A stretch of DNA of 64,000 bases, from NCBI GenBank assembly GCA_002633005.1, contig NMRA01000680.1, forward strand, positions 11,913 to 75,912. Direction: 5' to 3'. Below the pieces are notes generated by a model. It was not told the DNA's origin, ran no database searches, and saw only the letters and a list, made by a program, of their open reading frames with translations. The DNA comes from Phoronis australis. Taxonomy: Eukaryota > Animalia > Phoronida. A program made the position numbers and the translations under genes. Positions 1 through 12,900 of this stretch are shown piece by piece. Numbering within the stretch: the first letter of the stretch is position 1; each line of letters starts with the position of its first letter.

Positions 1-1353
1 AAAGCTTAAATACCCGTGACTGCGTGTGGGAAATTGCGATTGCGTGCGCTGAAGTCCATATTTTCAAAGTACAATTACACCACTGTTTAAAGTTGAAAAG
101 TGAGTTATTTTGTCATCTTTCTATAGAAAAAGCTTTATTCTCTCTGATGAAATCATCTGTTTTCTTTTAAATGAAACTTAACTCCTGATATTAGTCCGGG
201 AAAAGAGACCAAAAACGGCGGTTAAGCTAGTTGTCCCTTCCTGGTTATCTCTTCCTGATGTTGCCTGTATTAATCATGTTAAGTAGGGCCATTTGTTCTT
301 CGGCAATACTAGGAATGCATTTACTGCGTCTCGAGAAACCCGAACATTGAGAAAAAATATACGTACACGTCTAATGCTATAATCCTACTGAGTTTCAGCC
401 GTGTTCGTCAAAAATAAGGGCTTCTATCAGCATTTGAATATGAAATTGAAAACAAAATGGCAGCCAACAAATGAACACTGTTATCAGAAAATCCCAAATA
501 ATTCGAAAAGTAGATGTCCTAGCAAAAAGTGTAAAACATCTTCTGAAAGCCCGCTCAAATAAAATTAAAAAAATACATTGTAAAATAATCAAATCCAGCC
601 TTGCGTTCAATAAGGAATTCAAAGCGCTTCGAAGCGCTTCAATGTGCTATTGAATGATGTGCTTTCCGCGAGCGCTTTCCAAAAATTTAACATGGCCAAT
701 GCCAATAGTATTTTGCCTTACTGCTGGAAGATTTCATTGATGACACAGAACAAGAAGTTTTACAACACTCTCTTCCTTCCTTTATGCATCTATAACCAGT
801 TGCCTTATTTAATTCTTAGAATTTACTTGACTTTTTAAAGTATACCTCAAGAACTTATTAAAATTTCACGATTTCCTTGTCTTTGACGAACATTCTGTAT
901 ATCGTTCCAACAACGCATAATACGTACATGTAGAGTCTACTGCTAGGTTCAACTTCAGACTCACTACATCCACATAACACCTGGCGGACATTCACAAAAT
1001 GATCTTTCAAAACACCAGAGTGTATATTTCGAAACTGTGTTGTTAAAGCTATCATTCATGCAGTACCAATATGGTAAGTAACCAAAACTCACCCAATATC
1101 TCGTTAAATGATAGTTAATGGAATGAAATCACCATATCTAAATATAATGTCTTGATAAAATAAACAAAATTCATCTGAAAACATATTACATGTACATATG
1201 TATTTCAGAAACGAAGCCATCAGAATCTCAAACCATGCAAACAATTAACGAAAATACGGTTCTGGGCATATCTTAGGAATTTTCCCTAAAATACACCCAT
1301 AAGCGTACTTTTGGTGAGGTTGTTTTCGGGTACTCCCAATAGAGCTAAATATA

Positions 1354-1795
1354 TTAATTACTCTGCGCGTGTAAGCGCAGAGTACTGTTGTTCCTGGGTT
1401 ATTTGTTTACTATGTGCGATTGAGTTTGAATTTTAAGTTTTCAGGTCATTTGGAGCACCCATGGGCTCATTAGGTGCATTTTTCTTCTGAAAGTTTGACC
1501 AATTCATTCATCTTATATTCTGATGTGCTTAAAGTATAACATCTGTGATTTTTAGCAGTAACCACAATTTTAATCGATTTAACAATTATTCCCTCATCGG
1601 GGCTCATAATGCACCGGAAGAGGTCAATTAGTGGAATGGTCATCAAAAAATTGATATGTAATTTCTCCTATATTTTTAAAGAATTCCTTTTCATATTGGT
1701 AAACGGGTTGCTGTCAGTAACTTCCCATAATAATTCCAGTAATACGCACGCGCAGAGTCCGTTATTGTCCCGCCGTGACAATAATCTTTCTAGTT
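1354..1795 (+). mobile_element. Non-autonomous Helentron-associated element (HINE/DINE-1 type)
   Basis: 5' subTIR actctgcgcgtg (1360-1371) with adjacent short IR gcgcagagt (1375-1383); matching 3' subTIR cacgcgcagagt (1747-1758); 3' hairpin ttattgtc/gacaataa (1762-1784); CTAG+TT end at 1790-1795. Confidence 0.75.
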
Positions 1796-1835
1796 GATAT
1801 TGTGATTTTATAGCGCAGTTGTTTTTTTATTTTAG

Positions 1836-4461
1836 ATGCTGCTGTGAGAGTTATTGGGGAGAAGGGGAAGACTCCACTAGAATTGAGAATTACGTGCCAC
1901 AGCACTTTACCATTGTTTTCAGGGCTCATTTCCGTATGACACGGTCTAGTTTTGAGGTAAAGACATTGGACTTGACGCCAAGAAATATTACTGAGATTTA
2001 TAAAACACTGTTTCTCGCGACTTTTCTGGAACAGAGTGAAAACTAATTCACACCCTTCATTTTTTTAATTGTTTAAGTAGATTTTTAATACAACTTACAT
2101 TTACATGTACAATTATGCATATATTGGAGTAAACTAGGCATTGTCAATATTTGAAGTAATTATCCACGAAATGATAAAAAGCCCATAAAACATTTGAAAA
2201 TTTACTTAAAACAATTGCTTTCGATACTAATAGAACCGTCCATTCCTTAACAGTGTCTTTATACTGGTTTGTTTCTTTTTACCTGGTGAAAATGGACTGC
2301 ATAACTTCATACATTTTATCTTATCAGGTTCCCTCCATCACACAGTCAGGACGGTTTGTCATGCATTGTCATCATTGATGAATGTCTTCATAAAGTTTCC
2401 AAGTACCAGAAGGGAGCAATTCAGCAGGCGCTGTGGCTTTCCTGGTGTTGGAGGGGCCGTGGACGCAACTCACAGGCCTGTGCCAGCTCCAAAGTCTGAA
2501 CACGGAAGGTTATTTATCAACAGCATTACGGCGTTTTCCCGTTGCTCCCAAACAACAAGTTTGGAAGAACACCTTTGTTGCCAATATCTTAGCCGACTGA
2601 TTAACTTCATTCGGGCATTTATGGTTGGAGGGTCAGCTCTTTTGTTCGATAATTGCTCTAATCTCCAATAAGATCATATCTAACTTCACCGCTGCTAAAA
2701 ATAACAGTTAAGTTATATCGTGTTTGAACATAAACCAATAACATTTCTGAAATCCTCGTCAAATCATGTTTAGTTTTTAAATTGACAAAATTGCCCAACT
2801 ACCACCGAAGTTACGACAATGTATTCTTTGCGAAAGTACCAATTCGCTGTGGGTTTCATTGCTTTCACACGTGGTCTGTAATAAGCCTGGTAGATAATTG
2901 GCCTGTCTGTTATCATACCAGACAAATGACCGTGCTTGGCAGTTACCAAAGAAGCTAGATGTTATCACACGCTCCCAAACCTCTACGTCTGGTAGAGTCA
3001 CTGAACGGAAAAACGCCGTCATGGCACGTCCTGTCAAGTATGATACTTCACGTTGTGGTGGATCACACATTGAAGTTTGTCAGAATAAATATTGATTAGG
3101 TAGTTAGTAAGAATAAATCCATTTTAAGTTGTCCAAAATTTGTGCATATGTGCTTTTGAATCATGGGTCAAATTTAAAGGCAAAATCTATTTTTAAATGG
3201 TGTTTACAACTTTGGGTTCTGGGGTCAAAGTACTCTAGAAATTCTAGAAAATTATGAGAACAAACTGTAACAGCGAATGATATGATTGGAAATGATCATG
3301 TGGTTTTTATTAACCAATCACTAAAAAAGTGGAATATTATAATATGGGCTTAAGTCAAAAAGAAATTCAGATGAGCTATAGTAGTTGAAGCATAAAGACT
3401 TGCTACAGTGTACACAGAGGGAATACGACAGAGCCATCTCGTGGAAGATTCTAGAAAGGATCTTGGCAAGGGCAAGGGTTAACGAACAGGAAGTTAACTA
3501 AGAGCTTGTCACTTGCATCGTGGGTAGTAGCATACTACCTGAAGTGTTGCGACACCAGCCAGAGACTGTGACCAGCAAGAAGAATCGCGGGTAGAAAAAA
3601 TTGCGGCCTGCAAGTGTTGCATCACCAGAAACTGTGACCAGCAAGTACACTGTCACAATACAGTGTGTGTAGTTCAAAGATTCACCAACAGGACAATCAT
3701 CCAACAAGTGGAGAGTCCTAGCTTGGATTGCAGATAAGACATTTGATTGTTTTGGTTGATTAATTGAAGTAATCTTTAACGAGGACGCTAGCGCAGTTAC
3801 TCTTCTTTATAGTTGATCACTTAATTAACAACATGTTTCACTTGTCTAATTAGGAGTTTTTATATAATAAATTAATTACTGGATTTGTTTATTCACTCTC
3901 CATCTACGCATAATCTCAAAGCATAGCTACCTTTTAAACAAACCCGCAGTCAATCGTCTGAAAAAGTTCATTGACATAAGTACTGGATAGCCAGGATCAG
4001 TGCATAATGCCAGGGTGTACAAGAACAGTCCTGTGTCAAGAATTGTAGAGGAACTCCATACTGAGTATCACTTACTGGGTGATTCAGCATACTTACCCTT
4101 TGTCTGACTATTTGTTGACACCCTTCACGGATGATTTCCACACCAGGATGAAGTGAATTAAAAGTTCAGCAAAGCTCACTCGTCAACCCGTGTTGAAGTA
4201 GAACGAGCCATTGGGCGTTTGAAGTGCAAGCTCAGAAGACTAAAGTATTTAGATATGCTTTTGGAAGATCATATTCCACAAGTTATTGCTTCTTTTTGCG
4301 TACTTCACAATTTCTTAATAGAATGCCAGGGAACTGAAGACAACGATATTGATCTCATGGGTAATGCGGGTCAGATGGTGGATATGGAGCATTATGTAAG
4401 GTGTGATACTGAACAAAGGTTAGGTGACCGGAAGCGCATGGAAATTGCCCTCAGTCTGTGA
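1836..4461 (+). pseudogene. Decayed PIF/Harbinger (HARBI1-like, DDE_Tnp_4) transposase with spliceosomal introns and nested insertions
   Basis: Segments 1836-1956 (FRAHFRMTRSSFE|gtaa), 2328-2525 (FIKFP...GFPGVGGAVDATH), 3944-4461 (FIDISTG*PGSVHNARV, LLGDSAY, TRVEVERAIGRLK, CVLHNF); stops and frameshifts present. Confidence 0.9.
3266..3938 (+). mobile_element. Solo LTR inserted within the Harbinger element
   Basis: Starts TGTAA, ends TTAAA (one mismatch from TTACA), 5-bp direct repeat caaac at 3261-3265 and 3939-3943, internal tandem duplication about 3542-3645, aataaa near the 3' end. Confidence 0.6.
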
Positions 4462-4480
4462 TGACTCAAATTAATTCATG

Positions 4481-4483
<3 letters not shown>

Positions 4484-4550
<67 letters not shown>
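4484..4550. repeat. (CA)n microsatellite with short (TA)n
   Basis: Direct inspection. Confidence 0.98.
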
Positions 4551-4551
<1 letters not shown>

Positions 4552-5938
4552 TGTCTAAGTAATACAACATTATGTGCACGGGTGATGAAGTTAATTTTTT
4601 GCTTTCTGTTTATTACACACCTCAACTAAAATTTGGAAATTTGTATCACTCGTCCGTGTGTACATTGCTTTTGGTTTATTTAAATTGTGTTGCAAACCGA
4701 TGGAAAGCTATTTCATTCCCCTTTACAACAATAGCACAATTTGTCAATAAAGTGTTGATATGCTCAGAAACTTTGCTGCCAAAGAGGGCTTCATCTCAAA
4801 GTGAATGCTGCAAATTTCCCTGATTTTGCAAGCACCACTGATTACAATCTAAATACAGTAAAGTACTCCGGGACGAAACTATGCAGCCAGTAGCAATCCC
4901 TATTTTTCAAAGTATGGGCCTAAATTCATTTTCCAAAACACAAGCCTCTTGGAAAGAAACACTTTTTAATTATGTAAAACAAACAGGAATGAAGTTTAAA
5001 AATAATTAAACACATTAAACTACAAATGAAATAGGGCGCCGATAATTCGAAATAATTTATGCCACAAATATTCGAATTTTTTTGTTGTTTTATGCAACGT
5101 GTAACGCCATAAGCAAAACCTCTGGGAAATTTCATCAAAATATCAAGGCGAATAGTTAGGCTGTCGACGGAGAGTTAACTGCTCACTCACACGCAAAATG
5201 TTACAAAACATACGACCAAAAGCCGACGAAAGGTAATTTACTTTGTAATATACTTGTAGGACTTCTTGTAGTTGCACGTAATGCAGAGTTGTAAAACGTA
5301 AGGAAATTTATTCTAAAATTTAAATATGTAAAAGTAAAATTTCCAAAATCCCAAAAGAAATGTGAATACTAAAAGAAAACACTCAGGCCTACTTGTCTAA
5401 CATGTTTGTTTTGTTGGCAATGCAGCTTGAAAAGCTATTGAAAAAAATGAAATCACTTTCCGCAAGCGCGTCGTTCAATAGCACAATCTCGCGAAGCGCT
5501 TCGAAGCGCTTGCCGCATTGAACGCAAGGCAGTATTTTACGTTGCTGACAGTGTTTGATGTATTTGACTTTTGCCTGCTTTTGGCGTACTTTCCCATTTT
5601 TGTTTTTTCCCGCTTTACCGCCACGCCAACAAAATTCCCGCTTTCTGGCACAGAGCGAAATTGACATATTATCATACAATTTCACAAATTCCCACACGAC
5701 ATAGCCCTACTTTCGTGTTTTACTGAACTGAAAAAAACGGGTCGTTTCGTGTTTTTTTGCCTCACCAGCAATAATATTAACAATTTTGTTGGGCACTTTT
5801 GGGTGTTACGTTTCCCGTTTGACTAAACACGCTAACAGGACGTTTTTATGTGTTTAGGTGAACATGTCATCTTGCGTTTTGACTTAGACCCAGATGTCCC
5901 GTTTTTTATCCAGAAGTCCCACTTTACAAAGTTGATGA

Positions 5939-6879
5939 TGTCACGGCATTCATTGTTTATGTGTCTGTAGAGACAGGGTTATGTGTCAGGAGTAGTTTGA
6001 CACAGTTCTTAGTTTAATGAGTTTTATTCTATTGTTCTGTTTGCGTACTAGCAGATAGCAGTTGATTGACACTACCCATAAGGTCAGGGCAGTGATGATG
6101 TATTTTTGCAATGCATCTAAAGTGACTTAAAAGCTCCGTGATGGGCTGGGTGTTCCTGTTTTTGTTTTAATCCATCTATACAAACACGTATCACTACAAT
6201 AAAAAGTACTTACTTCTTTACTTAGTAGGAGACATTCTTGAAGATTCTAGTATTAGATTAGTGATTAATGTAGCCCGGAACATTGGAGAGCCCAGTACAT
6301 GTTTGTAGAATGATTGTGTAGATTCCAGAACATTCTAGAGTGTGCTTGAATTAGGGAAAAATTCCAAAACATTCTAAGAAACTATAAATGTCCACGCACG
6401 CGTTAGTTGAGTTCAGTTGTAGTTGAAAGTAAGTTAAATTCAGCTGAAGTTATACATGTAGTTGCAGTGAAGAGAATCAGCAATTACAGCGATAGTCAAT
6501 AGAGAGCCAACTATAGAGATAGCAGGTTATTGGATCAACAAGTGTAACAGTTGATGGGCGAGTCTCACAAGATCGTCACAATTAAGCCGAGGCTTCGAAG
6601 CACTGGCTGAAGCATAGAAAATACACTGCGTCGGACGTTTTGTTTGAGTAGACTTGTGAACGTACGTTCGAGACTAATTAAGTCATAAACTGGAACCAAT
6701 CTTCAATCTATCGTAACGCCGAAAGCTATTAGCACCGGTCAGCAACAACCTGCGCCCACACATCCGCGGGCAAAAACGTGACCGTATACTTATTAAAATC
6801 GTGCTCTTGTTTCGTCTCAAATATGTGCTCTAATATGTGTAGCTGTTGTTTTAATTGCGGTAACAGAGATTCCGTGACA
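5939..6879 (+). mobile_element. Probable solo LTR
   Basis: Perfect terminal TGTCACGG...CCGTGACA, repeated ttctag motifs, TATA-like ctataaat near 6382 followed by agtt-rich tract, attaaa near 6791; no TSD seen. Confidence 0.55.
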
Positions 6880-8766
6880 CCGTTTTAGATGATGGTGATG
6901 ACGATTTGATGTGTTGTAGAAACGGAGATGTATTAGAGAAACATGTTTTCAAGGAGGAAGTGTTACCAAAAACTAAACTCACTCAGGTATCCAACAGTAC
7001 TTATATAGTGTTTAAAACTAGGAAGAAAATCAATGGAATTTCTGGTAAAATTACGCAAGAAAATTGTCCATGACTTTTGGCTGCCTGCTTGAACGTATGA
7101 TTTGTTTGAATTTAGGTAGAATGACATTTTGTCCGACTGCTTTTTAAATATACTGTACATTTTTGTAAGAATTATATAGTGTCTTTTTCCACATTGCAAC
7201 AAAAACCTAGAAACAGACATTTCTACTTTCATAGCATTTCGATACTCAATTTGCCATAAACGTACAAAATACATTTCACATTTTTATTTTCAAGCATTCA
7301 TTCAGCAAACGCAATATCACAATTCAACAATATTAACCGTGTAAGTACAAAAATCACATTTAGATACCATTTATCCCCTGCACGTGCCCAGAGACCAGTT
7401 ATTTCGTACATGTATATGTATGTATGAGTGAAAACATTGCTCAGTAAAATTAGACTCCCATGGTGTCCAAATTTCACGCAGTTCTAACGATCTAATGTGA
7501 TGATGTTGCGAATTATATTTTTCAGTAATAAGTTTTTTTTCAAGTAGTTATTAAAAACATTCAAATTGAGCTTATTTTATTTTTTTGTTGATAATAAAAC
7601 TTCAGGTTAAGTACCTTGTTTTCTTGATTCCAAAAAGTGCTTTCAACTAAATGAAATCGGAGTCGTATTTGCTCACAATAGGCTGTCAATATCGTGCCAA
7701 AAAGATCACGTCACACAACAATGTAAAATAGTGTTCGATCGTCTCACGTTCGTTTTATAAAAGATTAAGGAATCAGAATTGACATAATTAATTTCGAACA
7801 ACTAACCATTTTACTATTTTGATCGTTCTATCCGATTCTGAGGTGACAGATTGACTCTTGTTTTTTTCAAAAAAGGCAAAATATCGATTTTGATCAAGTT
7901 ATTCATAAAATCGGATGAACTTTAACAGCTAAACCTTTGAAGACGACATTCCGTGTTATTTAAAAACATGGCAAAAGACTTATTTAAATACTTTTATCTC
8001 ATCACAGCAATTCTCTGAGCATTACAAAAACGTGAAAAATTGACATAATTCAAGAAAATTGGCTGAACACCACTTTAAACCAGAGAACAAAAAACACTTT
8101 CGAAGGTCTTTGTTTTGTATTTTGAGCATATTACAGTGTTGCGTTGTCATGGAAAATGCGTGTTTTAATTGAAGTTAAACTAAAATAACATTTGGCGAGA
8201 ACTCAAAAGCTGCTTCGAGATAACCAAATGTGTACAGGTGAGTGTCAACTCAGACCCATATTTAAGTTTGATTCTTGTGCAAAGTAATTTAGCAGGGATG
8301 TTTTGTTTTTAATACGTATATTATACGTAATGTGAAGCACAACATAGTAGAAAAGGGTATTGGAATTTGAATACATTGTATGTCTCTATGACCTCTTCGA
8401 GGTTTTACGCCATCTACATGTAGTTTGAAAATTCAATGCATTTTCAAACCTCCCTGATCTATTAAAGATAACTTTTTCAAATTCTCATATACTGGTATCA
8501 ATGATAATCTGTTTGTGAAACGTGTTACGGAAGTTGATTCCCGTGACTCTTTACGATTTCACATGCGCGAAGGCCTAAATCTAGTTACAAAGCTAGTCAT
8601 GATTGCAAAGCTGCTGGGGATTGAACGCATCTTCTTTCTTCGTCGCTTTTCACAAATCAAACCTTTTAAGCTCCTGCAGAGGCAACAGAACACATTGCGA
8701 CCCACAATCGGCACTGCTTTCCGTACACCTCCGTCGCCATTTCCGGGCAATTACCTTTTACGTTAC

Positions 8767-8772
8767 TTTATT
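8767..8772 (-). terminator. Candidate polyadenylation signal AATAAA
   Basis: tttatt on plus strand 16 nt past the stop codon; a longer 3' UTR is equally possible. Confidence 0.3.
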
Positions 8773-8788
8773 CATGAATGTGAACGGC

Positions 8789-8931
8789 TCACATTTGGGA
8801 AACGGCAAAATTCTCAGCAGTGGAAATTCCTGTCTCGGCCTGTTGAGCCGATCCTTCGCTTGAGTCACATGAAGAATCCCCTTGGAGACACTGAGGAGTG
8901 TGGTTCTTGATTGTATTGTATGCGCGTTTGG
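8789..8931 (-). CDS. Exon 9: cytoplasmic tail and stop (AKRAYNTIKNHTPQCLQGDSSCDSSEGSAQQAETGISTAENFAVSQM*)
   Basis: Strong acceptor cttccttctgttccag, in frame with exon 8, hydrophilic Ser-rich tail, TGA at 8789-8791. Confidence 0.75.
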
Positions 8932-9880
8932 CTGGAACAGAAGGAAGTTACTACAAGTTTAACTCTACATTAAAATGAACTGGTCAGCTACTTTGAAACC
9001 GGCCTCCGTGGCCTATCGATTTATGCGCAAGCATGAAAGATACCATCCCATAATATCCACGTGTTTATGGCATAATTTAAGAACAAGGTGCTATTTTATT
9101 TTCAAGCTCAACAATGCCCTCACATGTGCGTCTTTCATGACAAGAGATTTTGTACCAGTCTTTACCCCATACGCGTTGAATCAGTCGAGGGAAATACGGA
9201 CATGTAATAATGTTTCCCGTATTCACCTCCCGCATTACTTCAACAGTGACCTCTGACATGGAAAGTTCAAGATGTAGGTCAACGTCGACTCGACGTCGGT
9301 AGCCAATTCGATCATCAAACTTTCGGAAAATTGTTTAAAGTAATGCAACTGCCACAGTGTGAGTAACACTCAACACGCAAACAGGTCTCATTCGTAACAT
9401 CCGGAACAGGACTGTTAATTATATGACAGTTCTGTCTCAGTTTTCAATTGCTGAATAAGACGTCGTCTGAAATTCAGGAGCCGATTCCTCGGTAACTACA
9501 AAATATGAAATTTGTTGATATTTAACTATTTTCAGGAGATGTTACAAGTTCAATGCACAGTTACCGCTGCTTTCATCTTGGTTACCTGTTTTCAAATAAT
9601 AAATCGCTACATTTAAAACTGTAACTACTAAAGAAAACTTGCAACCTAACGCGCAAGTACATACATATAGGATGTGATCCGCCACGTGAACAGTCTCGAA
9701 AGGAGTATTTGCAAAATCTGGCGAAAAACTGAAAGAAACTTAGGAATTTGATGAGTATGGGTTAAGTAAAAAACGTTCATCGATTGATGTAGATGAAGTA
9801 ATATTCCACTCGACATCATGCAGCAGAATAATGTATCGTGGGATATTACTTCATCAACACCACTATCGGTACGTTTTGTG

Positions 9881-9947
<67 letters not shown>

Positions 9948-12900
9948 ACACATAAATATGTATACATAAACATATACATATACATGTATGCCTGATCTAC
10001 GATGAGTTTCAGTTACCCACAGACACTAAATAGTTTTGGATAAGAATTACTATCGACGATGTTTTTTAAAGCATTTTATTGATATAAAAATCTAAAAACA
10101 CCTAGGTGTAAAAGAACTAAACCGCGACAAGATCGGAAAGTGAGGTTCGATATGCTGTCCTTGACACACGTGTGTTCATAAATTGTTGTTTCCAAACTTT
10201 CTGTCAGTAATGTCGTAAAAACCTTATTCAAACGAATTCTTTATTTTAAATTTATTGAGCTAGCTATCCAGATAGGCCTAGTCACACTTCAGAATCCTAC
10301 TCTCGTCTCAGGTTGTTGACATGGGCAAAACCTCTCGGAAACTACGGAAAAATCCCGAGGCTTTGTTTTCTGACATGAACCCTAAAAACGATCTTTTCGC
10401 CGAAAAACTCGACGTGTCTAAATCTTTTAAGCACATGACGGAAGTTTTGTAAAATCACGCTTGATCAATGTAAAGTAAACACAGTTACTTTTTGTTAATA
10501 GTTTTATTTTAAACCTGACAATTTTAAATAGCTTTGGCAACAAACGCAGAAGTTGGAAGCTAATATATAGTGTTTGAAGTTGAAACATTTAAATTAAAAA
10601 AATGTTCATAAATCACACAGTCAGCAGGTCTTCCTCGCGCGTGAGTATCAAACTGACCTTGAGACAAGCTTGTCAGGTCTCACCGCGTGATACTGTATGT
10701 GGAGTTGGGTTCGTCGCCGGTTGAATGAACGTAGATATGGAATTCGTCGCCGAAGATACTGTAGACCCGTTAAGAAGTTGTTTGCATGTCCTTCCCTCTG
10801 GGAGTACGTACATGTGTTTGAATGGTTAAGGTCGCAGTCGACGAACCGGCTTGACCCGCCGGTTGTTAAACCCACGAGGCATTTTTCACTTTCGGCTAAT
10901 TTTGTTAATTTGGCTTCATGAATGTTAAAAGAAAAATCTGTCCCATCTATTTTTAACTTGTACAATGAACGGTCTCTTTTTATTACAGTTGCGACAGCGG
11001 ATTTGACAACCATAACCTTGTCTCGTTCACGGAATTCCGGCATTGTTTGGTTGTTGGTATCAATGTTTTGCAGAGGATGAAATGTAAGTCGTTCGGATTG
11101 CTATTTTGCACTAATTTGTGATTCGCCCATTTAATATAAATAACTACGTACTCGGCGTTTATATAGATTATGGACAACAGATTCGCAACTACGACATTTT
11201 CTTGCATAATATCACACAGTTGGTGCCACTTTCCTAAATTACCAGTTTCAGTTTCCGGTCACGTAACCGATTTTATTAAACCAAAATAAAATAGCTCGAA
11301 AACGTTGCCTCGGAAGTGTAAATACGCCCTTGGACAAAATTTAAATAATTTAACAATAGAAAAGCATGGATAACGGTCGTCATAATTTAAAGTTTTTGGA
11401 ACAAGCTCCAGATTGACACGCAGTCATAAATTGAATTTGTCACTAAACTCAGCGTAATGTAAACGCGACTTAAGTGGATGCCTTGGAACAACAAGGAACG
11501 TGATAATGCTTGGTGTACCTTAAATATGCATATCCATAACTTCCACGAGTTTTAAGTATACAAACTGATGTATCGAATCGAAGAGTTCAAATCCAAAACT
11601 GAGTGTCTTCGATTACAGCCCTCTAAACAACTTATTTTTTGCCGTGCGGTTTAGTGAAGCAGCACAGATGTCAAGTGAGTGGCAGCCAAAATAGGAGATG
11701 CGTCAGCTCTTCGTGAGATAGAATGTAGGCAATAATCGTGGGTCGATTCTTTCGAAAAACGTGAGTCCATCTTCTACCCCCCCTCATCGATATCAATGCC
11801 GGGGTGGTGGCCTTTCAGTTATCACCAGGGGTTCATTTCGTAGACACAAGCAACTCTTTAAAAACGCCAAACAACGCAATTACGTACAGCTTTCCAAGTA
11901 AGCTCGCTTACCCTAACAGAATGACGGCCACTTAAGTGATTGATCGATAAGTTTGGATGTTGAGTTATGGGTTAGGATCCACTATAAGTTCTTTAAGCAA
12001 ATATTTCTCACAAAAAAGGATCGGCGAAATTCTTGTACACGCGCGCACCGAGGCTAAAAGTGGAGGGCTCTAACTTTTTAGAATATGGACCTTTTAGTAA
12101 AATTCACACGGTACATTCGAAGCTATAAATTGTGGATTTGCCTTTTTAGTGGACTTTTGTCTCGTTTCCACTTTTGTTCGGAGTGTTTGTTTCTCCGAGG
12201 CGCCTCTTTTTACCCACTTCGGCAAATATGAGGGCTTGTTCGAGCTCCCCGATCACCCCTAAGTGCGCGTATGTTACATCGACAGCACTCTCGGTCGTAA
12301 TAGACGTATATACTACTTCACTTTGTGTGTACCTTGCTCATAAAGCATTCAAAATGCTGCTGAAAATAATCTGCCGTTATTTACATGAAAGATAGGTGAA
12401 CAATAGCTGGGTGGTTTGTACTTACCATCATCCGACACTGTCTGAGCCACACCTTGCCCACTGTGGTGAGCATGACACACGTAAAGAGCAATTGCCCATG
12501 TGAAAAGGCACACACAGACTATAACGGCAACTGCAACCACTGTAGAAGTCATGCCTACATAAAGAACAACAATATATATTAACCACCATGTCTGAGTTCC
12601 GTGGAGAAGGGAATATCGCAAATGAAGCTAGGGAGATTGTGCTTCGCTTGTAATGCAGGGTTAAATCGCGTGAAGTCTTGTGTGATCTTGTGATTTCGCA
12701 AGATGCATGCGTCTATGGCACCTACGCCAAGTTTCACGCACGCAATGTTGGACACATGAAATGTGTTTCAGGAACCACACGTTTAGAAAGCTCTCACCTA
12801 TAGTGCCATGCAGTTTTCACCTTAGAAGAATGACCCGATTTTTTTCAAAATATCGCGAGTGGTCCAGCCTCACCTGGCGTCAGCACTTCATTACACAGCC

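Noticed and set aside
8515-8910. 131-aa plus-strand ORF (also 45804-46164, 43876-44300, 60305-60529, 61747-62031)
   Set aside because: Antisense shadows of real minus-strand exons; no motifs of their own.
9646-9951. ORF starting MCVCVCV (also the HTHT/CVCV ORFs at 32785-33260)
   Set aside because: Translation of CA/GT microsatellites and MITE sequence.
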